DNA from: Utricularia gibba
Lineage: Eukaryota; Plantae; Magnoliophyta
Assembly (NCBI GenBank): GCA_002189035.1
Contig: NEEC01000029.1
Span: forward strand, 124,001-188,000
DNA: 64,000 nt
Direction of reading: 5' to 3'
Position numbers and translations under genes: made by a program. The notes under the pieces are model-generated. The model searched no databases. It was not told the DNA's origin and saw only the letters and a program-made list of their open reading frames with translations. Positions 1 through 14,000 of this stretch are shown piece after piece. Each line of letters begins with the position of its first letter. The first letter of the stretch is position 1.

Positions 1-1416
1 GGATCCACCATTCTTACGAAATGTGTGTTTCTCGCAGGATATTCACTGTCTGGGGCGGGAACTCAAGGACATTGCAGCTCCATTAGGGTATCACTGAACA
101 CAGAGACAGCGGGAGGTTCAGGATCCACCGTCCACCGGAGACGCATAGGATACGCCCCAAGAACACGACAGCTCGAGATATGGAAGACTATTTGCCACTG
201 CCATCGAGCTCTATATCTTTCCTTTTTCTTCAATAATAATATTTTAAATCACATATCTGATTTCATCGAATAATTCAAATTAAAGTTATATTCAAGAATT
301 TAATCCTAAAATTTTAAAATTTCATCATAATACCTAATAAAAAATTTTGTTTGGTTTGAAATCAAGGTTAGTTCACAATTCAATTTTTAAAAATTTTGAA
401 AATTGTTTAGGTTTTTATTACATGATTTTGATAGCTTAATGTGTTTTTTTCCGTAATTTTGAAATTTGAAATTTAAACTATTTATACTGATATAGACTTT
501 AAATATAAAAAAACGAATAATTCAATTATTTCATTACATATACCGTTTTTCGGCGAAACAACTATTGGGCTCCATCGGGCCGGACAGCTCATCGCAGAGG
601 TCATTTTCTAATAACATTGCACGGAATAAAAAAAAATATTAATTAATAAATAATAGTATCTGAGTGGGATGGATTGATGATAATGAACCAACAATAACAC
701 GTCACGATTTCTTGGAAACTCCGGTCATGGATCTGATCCACCTCAACAAGCCGGACGTGCGGCGGCGCCGGCGGCCCTCCAGGTGGTGCGCCGGACAATG
801 GCTCGTCTGGAATCAAACAAGGATGAGCAGCTGTGGCATTCTTACAATTTTGTTAGTATTATAGGATCATCATCATCATCGACGTCAGGTGTTCAATGAA
901 AGGAAGCTGCCAACAAACCGGGGATTAGGACAAAAGGAACCAACTCCCTCTACGTGTAACCCAGCAATAATTGCAAGTCTGATATAACACCTGGTTCACA
1001 ATCTAGTGTAAATTGGTTTCGATCTTCCAAATATTTTAGGGTCAAAATTGTCGGAACTGGAACGAAAACAAGGTGTGTAGTTTTTCGTCGTCCCCGGTTT
1101 TCTGAAACCTCCGGGAGGTAGCGGTTAGCACACAGCATGGTTTGGGAGTCTGGGTTTTGAATCGGAGCTCGAGGAATTGTGACACGAGTCGGATAGAGGA
1201 GGAGCCTCAGCCACATGAATTAGTAGCAGTAAACTACAGTGGCGATAAGTTCAGATTCTTTTTTTTTAAATTTCGTTAAGGGGGCTAAATGCAAAGCACC
1301 TGCGATAGAGCAGACGTTAAATCATGTCGGCTGCTTGACCCGGAGCCGACGCCATGGACGAGACTAGTGCATCTGCTCCAGTCTCGTTTCCTGTTATAAT
1401 TAAATATGGAGCCAGT

Positions 1417-2168
1417 GACACGTGTCCTGCTGATGCCTGCACGATACCCCCCAATCCGTGTCCGACATGACCCGCTGAGCTTTTTCACCTTGCAGTAAAG
1501 GAATGTAGGTTTGAGGTAAGTGGGGTGCTGCGTTTTCACAGCGGTGGCTGAGGATTAGGTTTTTGAGCGTTCAACAGTTCAGCCATTGCTGGGTTCATAG
1601 CTTTACGTCCGATCCCGATCAGGAATCTCGGAGAGGGAGACCCCAGTAGGTTAATGCGCGGTAGGATGTGTTGAGAGTGTGACCTCTGGGATCACAGGCC
1701 AGGATATCTTCTTGCTGCGTCCCCAGCAAGTGGCCTGCAAAAGGCCAATTTCCAACTTTTCCTGTTGGAATGGCTCCTGGTTTCCGTCACGTGGTCGTCT
1801 ACTCCAAGTTCCCATTCCCGCCACACCTTCTTTTAATAACTTAACCCAGATACACAGATCTATACATTGACGTACGTGGCGGCTCCGGCGGGCGGCGGTG
1901 TACCAACTTGATTAGTGTGTGTGTTGGTTTTCTTTTCTTGAGATACCAACTTGGTTTATTTTGATCTCGGCTATAATTCTGAAACTTTATTGGAATTGTA
2001 AATTGATTGAGAAGTTGGGGTGCAGACGTGTACACTACAGCCCGATGCACCGGGCGAGCCAGCTCGTGGACATAGCTGGAGCCTTGGGGGTGGAGATTCC
2101 CTCTTCTGTAAACTGCAAATGGCTCCACGGATATGGTCCCCCCTGCCTCACACTCTTCTCTTATAAAT
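1417..2168 (+). promoter_or_regulatory. CYP707A promoter: ABRE/G-box elements and TATA box
   Basis: GACACGTGTC 1417-1426, CACGTG 1788-1793, TACGTGGC 1873-1880 and TATAAAT 2162-2168, 77 bp before the ATG. CYP707A genes are known to be ABA-inducible. Function is inferred from motifs only. Confidence 0.5.
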
Positions 2169-2244
2169 ACCTCTTCATGGACAGTGATCTTCATCAATCA
2201 CGTCTTCAGTTGTGCTCTGCAGTTAGCAGAACGTTAAATCTTCA

Positions 2245-4165
2245 ATGGAAGATATCCTCATCCTTGCCCTGTTCTTGGCTGTGATGTTGCTGCTGGTTTT
2301 TGGTTTTGTTGTACCTTCACAGCGGGCCAAGTCTCTTCCTCTTCCTCCCGGGGAGATGGGGTGGCCTTACATCGGAGAAACCTTTCAGCTTTACTCGAGA
2401 AATCCCAATACTTTCTTCGCCTCCAAAGTCAAGAAGTAAGCTCAGAGCGCTTGTTTCTGTTCCTCTCCTGCTGTTATCTCAACTCTTTCGTGTTTTTTCA
2501 GGTACGGTTCTATATTCAAGTCGCGGATATTGGGATGCAACTGTGTGATCATCTCGAACCCTGAAGCTGTGAAGCTCATTTTGGTGTCAAAATCTCATCT
2601 TTTCAAGCCGACTTTTCCGGCGAGCAAGGAAAGAATGTTGGGGAAAAACGCCATCTTCTTTCACCAAGGGGTCTACCACGCCAAGCTCCGCCGTCTCGTT
2701 CTCCGGTCGTTCACGCCGGAGGCGATCAAAGGCATTGTATCTCAAGTCGAGTTCCTCGCCGTCAATTGTCTCCGATCATGGCAAGGGAAGGCCATCACAG
2801 CATACAGTGAATTGAAAACGGTAACCAAAATAACCACTTAAGCTGCTATCTGCTTCCGGATCGCATTGCATATGATTCACATGCCCCTGTTTCTTTTTTG
2901 CAGTATACCTTCAATGTAGCATTGCTTTCGATCCTCGGAAAGGAGCAGGATCTGTACAGCAAGGACCTCAAGAGATGCTACCATGTTCTTGAAGAAGGGT
3001 ACAATTCAATGCCCATCAATCTACCGGGAGCACTCTTTTACAGAGCGATGAAAGCAAGGAAGGAGTTAGCAGAGATCGTGGGTAAAATCCTGTCCCAGAG
3101 GCGTCAAACGCAGCAGAGCCATGAAGATTTGCTGGGGTCATTCATGGCGGAGAGTGAAGGCCTTTCTGATGAGCAAATCGCAGACAATATCATCGGAATG
3201 ATCTTCGCAGCTCGCGATACAACCGCCAGTGTCATGACATGGATGCTCAAGTTTCTTTCAGAGAATCCTTCTATTCTTGCAGCAGTTACAGTAAGAATCC
3301 CAGGTCCTTAAAACTTCTGGAATCCTTTCAGCAGCCTCACGTAATTCTTCTGGGGGTTTCAGGAAGAGCAAGAGGCGATCTTGGAGTGTAAAGAGAAACT
3401 GGGAGAAGACAAGTCACTGAAGTGGTGCGATACCAAGAGGATGCCAGTTTCCACGAGAGTGATCCAGGAGACACTAAGAGTTGCTTCCATTCTGTCCTTC
3501 ACCTTCAGAGAAGCAGTAGAAGATGTTGAACTAAACGGTGAGTTTTATCCCTTAGCTCGTTTAACTGAAAACTCAGAGTCCAATAGCAGCAAAATTTAGT
3601 GAATTTCTGCGTGATTGGGACAGGGTATTCGATTCCAAAGGGATGGAAAGTTCTGCCTCTGTTCAGACACATACACCACAGCCCAGAAAATTTCACAGAC
3701 CCCGAGAAGTTCGATCCTTCGAGGTTCGAGGTGAGATCTGCAACCAAAAACGCACCGAAAGTTGCCAAGATTCAATTCTTTTTTAAGGAAAGGAGCTGAT
3801 TCCAAGGTGCTTGTGATTGATATGACAGGCTGCTCCAAAACCCAATACATTCATGCCATTTGGCAATGGTTCCCATTCTTGTCCAGGCAATGAGTTGGCA
3901 AAGCTCGAGATCTTAGTGCTGTTGCACCATTTAACCACACAGTACAGGTTGGTTTGAAAGAAACAACAAAGAGCTACTCCCCCTTTTTTTCGCTGATTCT
4001 TCATAGTCGGTCAGCTTCTGATGATTCCAATTCCAACGCTTCAGGTGGGAAGTTTTGACCCCACAAAATGGGATCCAGTATGGGCCATTTCCGCTTCCTC
4101 AAAATGGCCTCCCCATCAGAATCTTCCCCAAACAAGTAGAACAAAAGAACAGCTTTCGCAGATGA
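2245..4165 (+). CDS. CYP707A: Abscisic acid 8'-hydroxylase (cytochrome P450 CYP707A)
   Basis: Seven exons joined by GT-AG introns: 2245-2435, 2502-2820, 2904-3290, 3363-3537, 3624-3730, 3829-3947, 4045-4165. Motifs: [19 protein letters not shown]-helix FAARDTT, ETLR, FDPSRF, and heme motif [11 protein letters not shown] (typical CYP707A). The frame is intact to TGA at 4163-4165. Confidence 0.95.
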
Positions 4166-5076
4166 AGACAACTCGGGAAAGTTTCCAAATCCAGAGACGG
4201 TGAAGTACAGAGTACAGAACAAATATTCTCTTTCGATTGTTGAGAGTGAGAGGTCACTCACAGCGGTAAGCAATCGGTGGGGGTAAATAACCTGTCTTCA
4301 ACCAAAGATTTTTACCGGGGGACCTTGAGATGTGACGGCAAGTAACTACAGAAAGGGTTAACAACTGGGCATCGATTTATCGGCTGTCATAAACCCTCTG
4401 CGCTCGCGGGACAAGAACGGGTCGGCATATTCTTATACGGGGGCCTAAGCCAGTCTGGCGTTGAGGTATCGGAAGCACGAACCGCGGGCGATGGCGGCCC
4501 ATCCTTCGAAAAACCTAGTGGCCCGAACGCTGTGGTGCCCCTGCGCCGGGAATCGACGGCGAGTGGCTGAAGGCGACGAGAATTGGACTGGTAAATGGGC
4601 CTATCCCAGTATTTGAGCTTGCGCGTGGCCCAAAAGATGCTGTGGAATGATTTTAATAATACACGGGCCATCTCTGCCAAAAGGCAGGCCCAATGGGCCA
4701 GGAGATCGAATAGGCTCTAGGGCACGGATGGCCCACATCGAATTGGATGTATATGATTACAATCAATTGACAGGAGTACCCTTGGAGCTTCCCTCTAAAT
4801 GAAATTAAAATCGCCTTTGAAATAAACTAACTGTATTGTTTCGGTACCTAAGTGCCAATTTACAAGATGATGGCTCCCGTTAAGACAACACACGTGCGCT
4901 CTGAACTAAGCACTATGCTCACTGCACTTTCTTCAAAGGCTCTCTTGGGGCAAACCAAACCACCCCCAAGTTGACAGAGAGTACTGAAACCACAGCAACG
5001 AATTTACATGTACCTTCCGCACATGGGGTGCTGCCTTTTTGCTGTCGCTACAAAATCCATGTTGGTGGTGTTTGCT

Positions 5077-8000
5077 TCAGCCGTTTAACTTGGCCAGGAA
5101 CTGATTCAGATTGTACTCTTCAGTGTATTGCGAGTGATCCCAGAGCTCCTCCAGCTCACCCAGAATGGATTTCAGTCCCCTTCCACGGGTTGGAGCTTTG
5201 CCATCCTCATCAGGGTTGGAGGATTTCGAGAATCTAGATCCCTGTAATATGTATATGTGGCCAATGTGAGAGGAGGAAGAGACAAGGGGAAAGGGGGGAC
5301 TATTGCTGTGCATACCCTTTTGCGGTCGGCCGGGGTGAAGAGGTCCAGCAACTCATTTGTGTTCATCGTGCTCATGCTCGAATTGTTGGCATTGATGACA
5401 GAGTTAGCTACGGAGACTTTGAACTTCTGAAGGCTCATCACTTTCTCCTCCAGTGTTCCTCTCATGATGAGACGATGGACATTCACGACTTTGCGCTGAC
5501 CGAGCCGATGTGCTCTGTCCATAGCCTGCAGGAGTAGATAACAAGAATCACACGCAGTCGTCACTTTCTTATCTCTCCTCAGGTGTAATGCAACGTCTGT
5601 AGAATGAAGTATACTGAGGATCAGTTAGCAACCTGATGGTCTCTCATGGGATTCCAGTCATGCTCCATGAAAACAAGAGTGTCGGCCGATGTCAAGTTTA
5701 ACCCGAGTCCACCAACTGTAAACATTTGGATCCGTGGGTGAAAAAAGTACAGCAACTTGTTAAAAGATTGAGCAGGGAAAATCATACCATGAGTTGTTAG
5801 CAATAAAACATCTATAGTAGGGTCTGAGTTGAATGCCTTGACAATTTCAAAGCGTTTATCAGGCTCCACTGACCCATCCAATCGGAGATATGTTACACTT
5901 GCGAAAGAAGACAAAACCCAAATCAAGCCCAACACAAGATTTGATCAGAAGGTAAATATTTACAGATGGCATTTATGTGTACTCACGTTTTCATATGAGC
6001 CTGGAAAAGATCTCTCTCAATTATGTCCAGCAAAGCCTGCAAGTGCAAATACAAGGTGGATCCGGCATTAGGCTAAGGTAAGGAAAAAAAAGGACGTGAA
6101 AATGATGGATCCGCTGTTACTTTATGTTGGGCAAAAATCAGAAGTCTATGCTGCCCAACTGAAATACTGCCATCAGAGCTATCTGCGTCAACACCTATTC
6201 CACATTCTTCCATGATCTCCTGAAGTGCCACGAGTTTGGGCGAATGATGAATTTTATGAAGCTCCGAGGCAATATCACAATTTGGCGGCAGAAGTTCTGA
6301 CAAGATAGGTATAAGCGTCTCTGTAATTCGTTCACCAACAACAAGCAGTGGATGACTGCAGAGTTTCAGCAAGTACTGAAGGGCCTGGAGGTGGGAGAAA
6401 CATTGAAATCACTAAGTGCGGTGAAAGGAAAAATAACAACCAGTCAATATCATTAAAAGGCAATGTATTTACGCTGGCTGTAAAACAAATGCAATCCTCC
6501 TATATTCAATTTTGGCATAGAGGGCAAAACCATAGAAACTAAGAAACACTGTAGAATAATGCATAATCCAACCTGGAAGACGTGCGATGATGCTTTGGTT
6601 GCTCCTCCAGCATCTTCGTTTCGTTCAACCATACTTGAGATTTCTTGTCTAACGTGTGAACCAGAGAACCGTTCATACAATTTCTGTTGTACAGGGCTCA
6701 AATCACAATATCTATCCTGAATAATCTTCTCCGGCAAATCAGACAGCACTTCATCTTTTGTGCGGCGCAAAAGGAAAGGCATAACCTGTTGAGATGAATG
6801 GCCAAAAATAAAAATTTTAAAGATGCACGGAGAGAGAAACAAAAATGAAAAATTAAGTGCACCTGCTTATGCAACGCTTCCATGGCCAGTATCCCTGCTT
6901 CTGCATCCCTTGGGGAACACTTTGGATCCCTTGCTGCTAACAAAGGTTTTCCATACGTGGCTTGGAACTGGTAGCATCACCAAAAAAGCCTTAGAACATG
7001 AGATGAGATAACTGAAAAATACAAGACAAAGGGTTGAAACAAAATGAGAAAAAATAAAACGGTTAGGCCCCATACTTGTCTTTCAGTTCCAAGAAATCCA
7101 GGCATTAGGAAGTCAAAAAGAGACCATAGATCCAACACATTGTTCTGCAATAGAAATAAGAAATAGTGTAAAAAACAGCTAGAACCCAAGTTTGCAAAGT
7201 GGCATATAGAAGCGCAACCTGTATTGGTGTTCCACTCAGTATGAGGCGATGGTTGGCTTTGAGTTGTTTTACAGCAGCTGTGACCTTGGACTTTGAGTTC
7301 TTTATAATATGTCCCTCATCAAGGATGCAGTAATTCCAGTGAAAGAGGCTTAGACTGTCAATATCTTTGCGGACAACATCGTACGATGTTACAATTGCAT
7401 TATGATTTTGAAATAGTGCTCTCAAGGAACTGCGCTCTTGAGATGAACCAGTGTACTGAAGAGTTGTGAGAAGAGATGGGTCAATGAACTTCTCTATTTC
7501 ATAGACCCAGTGCCCAACTAGGGTTGATGGGCATATGATTAATGATGGGGCCAAGATCTGACCCTTCTTCGCAGCAACATGCTCAGCTATATCAGATGCT
7601 ACAATCGCTGACGCTTGAAGAGTCTTTCCCAGGCCCATATCATCACATAGGATTCCATGTAGATTGAAACGCTTTAAAAAGGCAAGCCAGTTTATGCCTT
7701 CTTGTTGATACCTGGAAATACAGGAGAAACCTAAGGTCAACCAAAGACCCTTAATGTTGAATAAAAAGACTAAAAAAGACCAGTATTAAAGTCACCGGAA
7801 TGCCGCCTCTCAATAAAAAGAACGTTACGAGAAAATACATAAACCAGTTACCTTCTCAGAGTTACTTTCAGTTCAAACGCAAGTTTATAGTCATCAATGT
7901 GAGAATTGTCAACAAGCTGTTCTAGAAACTGAGCATCTTCTTTATTTTCAGATAAACGGTCAGCCAGGCCAACTGGTACAGGGATACCACGAGCTAGTGG

Positions 8001-11000
8001 GAGCAGAGGCACCAAGGCAGCAAAACTATGTGTTACACTCTGTCTAACAGAATGATCACAATCACTCATGCACCGTAAAAGTGGAACCACTAACATGGGG
8101 GCAAAAGGTACAAGCTCCAAACCAAGGCCTTGTACGAGCAATCTTACAAGCATGCCTGCACCTTGCCTTGCATGTACAGATGTCATGTCACGTAACATAG
8201 GAACAACATTTTCAATGACATGGCCCATAACATCCAGTGACATCGACTTGGCCATGGCTGTAATACACCTTGATGCTGATAATCGTACAGCAATGTGAGT
8301 ATGTCTGACACATCTGAAAATGCATGGTAAGAGAGTAAGAAGTTTCTGCCGCAGTGTTGAATCCAGGAAAGGAGCAATAGAACGCACCACCTGATATAAC
8401 AAGAAAAAAAGAAACATAAAATGGGGTAAATGCTAAAAATTGGAAGTAAAAAATGGCAATAGATTTCACGCATGTAAGAAGATGCAATAGGTAAAGTGTA
8501 GGCCCGTCATAGGGAAAATCTATATTGTTTACAATCTTCACCATATATTGACTTCAATGAAAACAATTTCAAATGGCATGTTCTCCTATAGCCTTCTCAA
8601 GTGGTAGAGAATGAGGTCTCATCGAAAAAAAGTATCATAAACGAGAGCTTTCCTTGGAACAATTCTAACTTACTTGGATATTATTTATCAATATCTGGGG
8701 TCATTTATGGAATAAATAGATTGATCAATCAGCTTCTCATCTTCTGGGGCCAGGCCTTCCACATTGCAAGGCTTGAGGAATTCATCTAGGCAATGCCAGA
8801 TTTTTGGAAGTCTTTCAAACAATGACCCACCTAGCTTTTTGCACAAGTATTTTAAGGCAAGCTCAGAACCACGCCTACTGACAAATCCTTCAAATTTGGA
8901 TCGATCTTCACCAGAGAAACCTTTTGATCTTTGTCTTCTACTACTGCTACTAGTTCCAAAGGATAAAAGATCTTGGTCCTCAATTATCTCAACAGAACTC
9001 AATGATCCAGCCTGGGGAGTATCACAAGGATCCATACATGTCAAAGTACACAAATTCTTAATTAGCTTGTCATTGGGACCTGGCTTGCGATCCATGCAAT
9101 CATAAATAAGCTCTGCAAGGGCCTCCGCAGCGTTATTTTGCAATATCTCCTCCTATAGGACAACATGAAAAACAAACTTCAAAATCATCTCAGGCATTCC
9201 ATTACAAAAAATAAAGAAGAGCTACCTGTTCTCTTTTAACAGAGGACATCAAAGGCAATATAACTGGATTCAGCTTTGCTGGAAGTTCAGACATCCAGAC
9301 AACAGCAGCCGCAAGTAAAGCCAAGACACTGAGGTGTAAATTGTTCTGATATAACAGAAAGGATAAGGTTAAACTGTCAGGATGCCTCAGATAGCGAAGT
9401 TACATAAGCCATTAGAATATGAAAAAAAAGTTCAACAAGATATAAAAGCTTTACAAGTCCCATTTCCCAATTATCAGAAAATAGACACAGCAAAAAGTAC
9501 CACCTGAACGCATTTGAGGTATCCAGCAGTTGTCAGAAGCTTTTGCTTTAAAGATTCCAACTCTTCCAAGATATTCCTACCACTGGAATCTAGCTCATGA
9601 GCCTCACTTCCAATGAAAGAAAGCTGTGAAGCGAAATTCATGACATCATCTGGTGACAAACTTTCAAAGTTTATTTTGAGGGATGACAATAACTCATTGT
9701 ACATGCCAGATCTCTCGGTAGAAGTGTACAATTGGCTGGCCTCATTCCTCATCTTACTATAGGTTCTCGTAAGTTCAGAATAGGGTAGAGGTGAATCTTT
9801 TGTAGGAAAAGCCGGGTTGCTGCATGTGAGCAAATCCAGCAAACATTGTCTAAAACTGCTTGAAATTTTAGCAATCGATTCATCAGATCTTGACGAGCAC
9901 TTAAATTGTTTAAACCAAGATATGAGCACCAATGCAACAACCTGACATGAGCAATAAATGGAATTAGTCCAACTTCCCAATCTACGATGCTAGATAAAAG
10001 CATACGCATTGAATGACATTCTCACTCAAACCTCACCTGTCGCTGAACTCCTGAGGAAGAATTGAGTCCCGTCCATAGTGGATCAACTACATAATTCACA
10101 GCTGTACTACTTAACTTGGAAGCCATCACCCCAAGAGCTGAGGATGTAATAACTCTTGTATAAGTTACTGAAATGTCCAAGTCAGCCCCAACTACAATTC
10201 TGGAGGAATTCGCAGACAACTCTCCATTTTGATCTGCAGTGGCACCCTCATTAGCGTCAAAGGTCCTTGAATGGTAATTTTCACCTTCAAGACAGGCTGC
10301 CCTCATTTTAGCAGCAGCTTTGAAATGACTTTTACGTGGCAAGGAAACAGGCCAAAACATTTTTGCTGTATTCAGTTGAGAACCAAAAGGGGTAGTGGCA
10401 AGCTCAATCCATAAAGGGAAATATAACTGTGCCGCACTTTCTAAGTCTTCTACCTTGCACTGAAAATTTAAAATAAAACTTCAGCACAAATCCAGAAAAA
10501 TATGAACATTTTAGGCATTGCATCACTTGACGCCAGGTTAAATATTTCAAAGTGTATGAGGGTGAAGAAACAGCTCCAGAAACCTAGTTTGGAGCAGAAA
10601 GTGGACAAATTTTCCAATGGGTGATAAAAAATACCAAGCAAAATGAACTTTGGAGCAATTTCAAGAACATCCAACAAATCACATACTTGGACTAGGAGAT
10701 TCCAAACCCTCTCCGAGCACTGCAGAATCTCCTCATTTGACTCAAGGAGCAAATTCTGGAAGACAATCCTTAGAGTGTCACCAAATATGAAAGAAGGCCA
10801 AAATGATGTAGAACCATCTATAACTCGCCTCCTGTATCCAGCTTCAAGCAAACGTTCCTGCATATTAGTTACCCATAGTTATAATATAACATGTTCACAA
10901 AAAGAAAAGAATCAATGAAGTTTAAAAGTAAAAGAACGAAAACAAAAGAAAGATAAGAGCAACTTCTAAACTAAAAGGTGCAGTTCGGTTTCCATTCAAT

Positions 11001-14000
11001 TATAGTAAATTATGTGCAGTTGCAATACCAGGGTACGTATAGCCGACAATCTAACTGAAGTGATACTGTGTCTCATAAATGGCCACAACCTTGGTGCTAA
11101 AGTTGATAGCATATAAGGGTCATCAAGAGAGTTTTTTCTGCCTTCAATTTCATCCTCATCCATATGATGAACTTCATTATGTTCCAGGTTGACTTTCTCG
11201 ACCTGGAACATTTGCTCCTGGGAATAGATTTCAGCTAAGAGATTCATCACACTGCAACATTGTTACATGAATCATTATAAAATGCAAACACACGTCCAAA
11301 CTGAGAGCATTTGATTATCTTCATGTTAGATATCTTTCTCATTTCATAAACAATTAAGAACCTGCTGGTCGATGGGCTCAAATCATCAAGGTCAAGCAAG
11401 ATGTCCCACAGCAATATAATGATAGATTGCAAAATCGGTCCATTCAGTGAAACAAGAGCAGCAGCTGTAGGTATCAAAGCTTCAGCGGCAACTGCTCTCA
11501 CATCATCATCAGGATCTTCAAGCCCAGTTTTGCAAGCCGGGAGCACAGAAATAAGCAAGTCATTAAGCATCTCCTGTAAACAAAGACATGGATACCAAAT
11601 TGTGCACAGTAAGAAAATACATATCATTCATCATAAAAAATTGCTTCTGTAACTGGACATGCCTGTCTAACAGCAACCAGATATTTAATACCCAAAAGGC
11701 TTCCATGGCGAATTTCCCATTCTGCCCTATGCTGCAAGCGACCAAGAAATAATTAGAAAATGCTTGTGGAATAAAGTATGCACATACGCGCATTGCAATC
11801 AAAGCATTATTCTATCTTTACCTGCATTTGCAATAAAATGGTCAATGTACCATGAACCATAGTCGGATGCATGTATTTCAAAACTGCACCTAAGGCTTGG
11901 GCACATGTTTCCCTTACTGGTGCAACAACCTGATCTGAAACATAATCCCCAAACCTGAGAAATGATAAATCCATGAGCTAGATCTTCTGAATACAACAAA
12001 AAGATATGGAGAATGAAAATGTTGTGAGCATGATGGAAATCGACTAGTCTCTTGTATCTCAAAGCCACCTCTTTGGAACCATGCCCTATCTCTATAACAT
12101 TTCCATTCAAAAACTATTCGAAGATATACCTATCAAGTGACAAGAGGCACAAGATTCGAATTGCACAGTCTTGGAGGAAATCACAATTCCTCAGCCAAGA
12201 CCTCCTGGCATCTTGAATGAGGCTAATTATCTCTGAATTTACAGGAATATTTTTCAATGCACCAATACTCTCTGAAGATCCTTTGCATTCAGAATAATGA
12301 TTTACACCTCTTGTGTTGTTGCTCAAGAGTGATTCCTCTACACTACAAACAAGTCCGTCAACTTTCTCAGACGAACATTGTCCTCCATCATCTTCTGCCT
12401 TAATACCACCAGAAAGGATTCCACATATTGAGCTGCCAACTCTAGAAGTTTCATCTTCAATTTTTGGCCTTTTAAAATCACGTTCTACATCATCATGTAA
12501 AACTTGAATATTTAAGTCAATTTCCATCTCACATTTATCATTAACACTTTCTTTCTTAGGGGCCAGTCCACCAGGGCATCTCATTTCAGGCATAACAACT
12601 CCAGCAAAAGCTCCTTGATAGGTTAATATCTCCCTGAGTGCCATCACACTGCCATGGCGAACTTCCCAAACTGAGAGGAAACAAGCAAATGGTATACTCC
12701 GCATTTGTAAGAAGTACAAAAAAGTAGATGGAGAATAAAGAAATTATACCAGGGTCAAACATGTCAACAAGCAGTTGTTCAACAAAGTTGCGAAAAGGCC
12801 AACTGCCATCTCCATCACTCTCAATGCTCTCATCATCAGAAACAGCATCTGCTAGTTGCTGCAGCAAACAAAAAAAGGTAGTTTACAGAGACCTTGTACA
12901 AGTTTCACATAGAGTTCACAGGATACATCTTTGATGATCCATTGATGATTTGCAGACAACAGGCACAAGCCAGTTGGAATATGCTATGATGAAACCAAAC
13001 AATCAACCCCTGGATATGAGATATTGCCATGCACAATGAAAGAACAATCAGAAAAAGCATGAGCATTACCTTATTTGAACTAGATAAGTCTACAGATATA
13101 CTCCTAGGTGATACCATATCATGAGATGTTGCAACCTCAGCATCCCCATCCTTTGGCCATCCCTTTGATTGATCTTTTAAGTTATTCTTAGCTTTCCGCT
13201 TCAAGAGATTCAGTTCCCTGGCACTTGGCCTACGAGATCTTGATGTTGGCACCATGTTTGTAACAAGCTGCCGGAAATTATGTGAGGGATGTGATGAGAA
13301 GTATTGTATTCCTCCAACCGCATTATGACTATCTTTCTGCAATATGAGATCCTCATCTCTTATCACATCATCAACATCCATGAACTGCTCGCACATGTCT
13401 AAACCTGCAAAAAAGATTATTCAAACAAGTTAGAAAAACCATAGGAATCACAAAAAAAACATCATATGGAACCATAAACTCATTCCTACGCTGCATAATA
13501 GCTGCATCATAACTTTCGACAATATATTCAGGGGAACAGGTAGACTGCAAAGTTCACGTAATGCCAAAAAAAAAAAATAATAAACAGGAAGAATCTTCAT
13601 GTCTAATAACAAAAGTTGTATAAAGGGTACTGACCCAATCGGCGCTTAAGATTGTGCTTTTGTCTAGCCAATCGCTCCTTTGGATTTTTAATGTTGTCAG
13701 TGGCAATATCATACTCCTGAAATATACTCACGAGATCATCAATGTCAGAATATCAGAATCAAACATAAAGAACATCAAAATTTATATACTTCATTGGAGT
13801 GGACAAAAAAAAACATAAGCGCATAAAAATTTCAATATTCAACACATAAAATCCTAAATTTCAACAAACCATCATGTATATTTTCATGCTAAGATAATAA
13901 TTATGGCAAGCTCTAGATACATAAAGCTTAAACTGATTGTAAAGTACCTGACCCCCAGATGCCACCAAAGCCCCAAAATCCAGAACCTTGTTTAGATCAA

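Noticed and set aside
38-273. Possible terminal exon of an upstream gene (acceptor CTCGCAG at 31-37)
   Set aside because: No frame matched a family I recognise, and the context is cut off by the window edge.
1118-1163. tRNA/SINE-like A-box (GTAGCGGTTAG) and B-box (GGTTTTGAATC)
   Set aside because: Spacing is too short, the B-box is degenerate, and there is no cloverleaf, tail or TSD.
4731-4740. USE-like GCCCACATCG (snRNA promoter element); similar at 14582-14590
   Set aside because: No TATA at Pol II or Pol III spacing and no recognisable snRNA, 7SL, MRP or telomerase RNA downstream.
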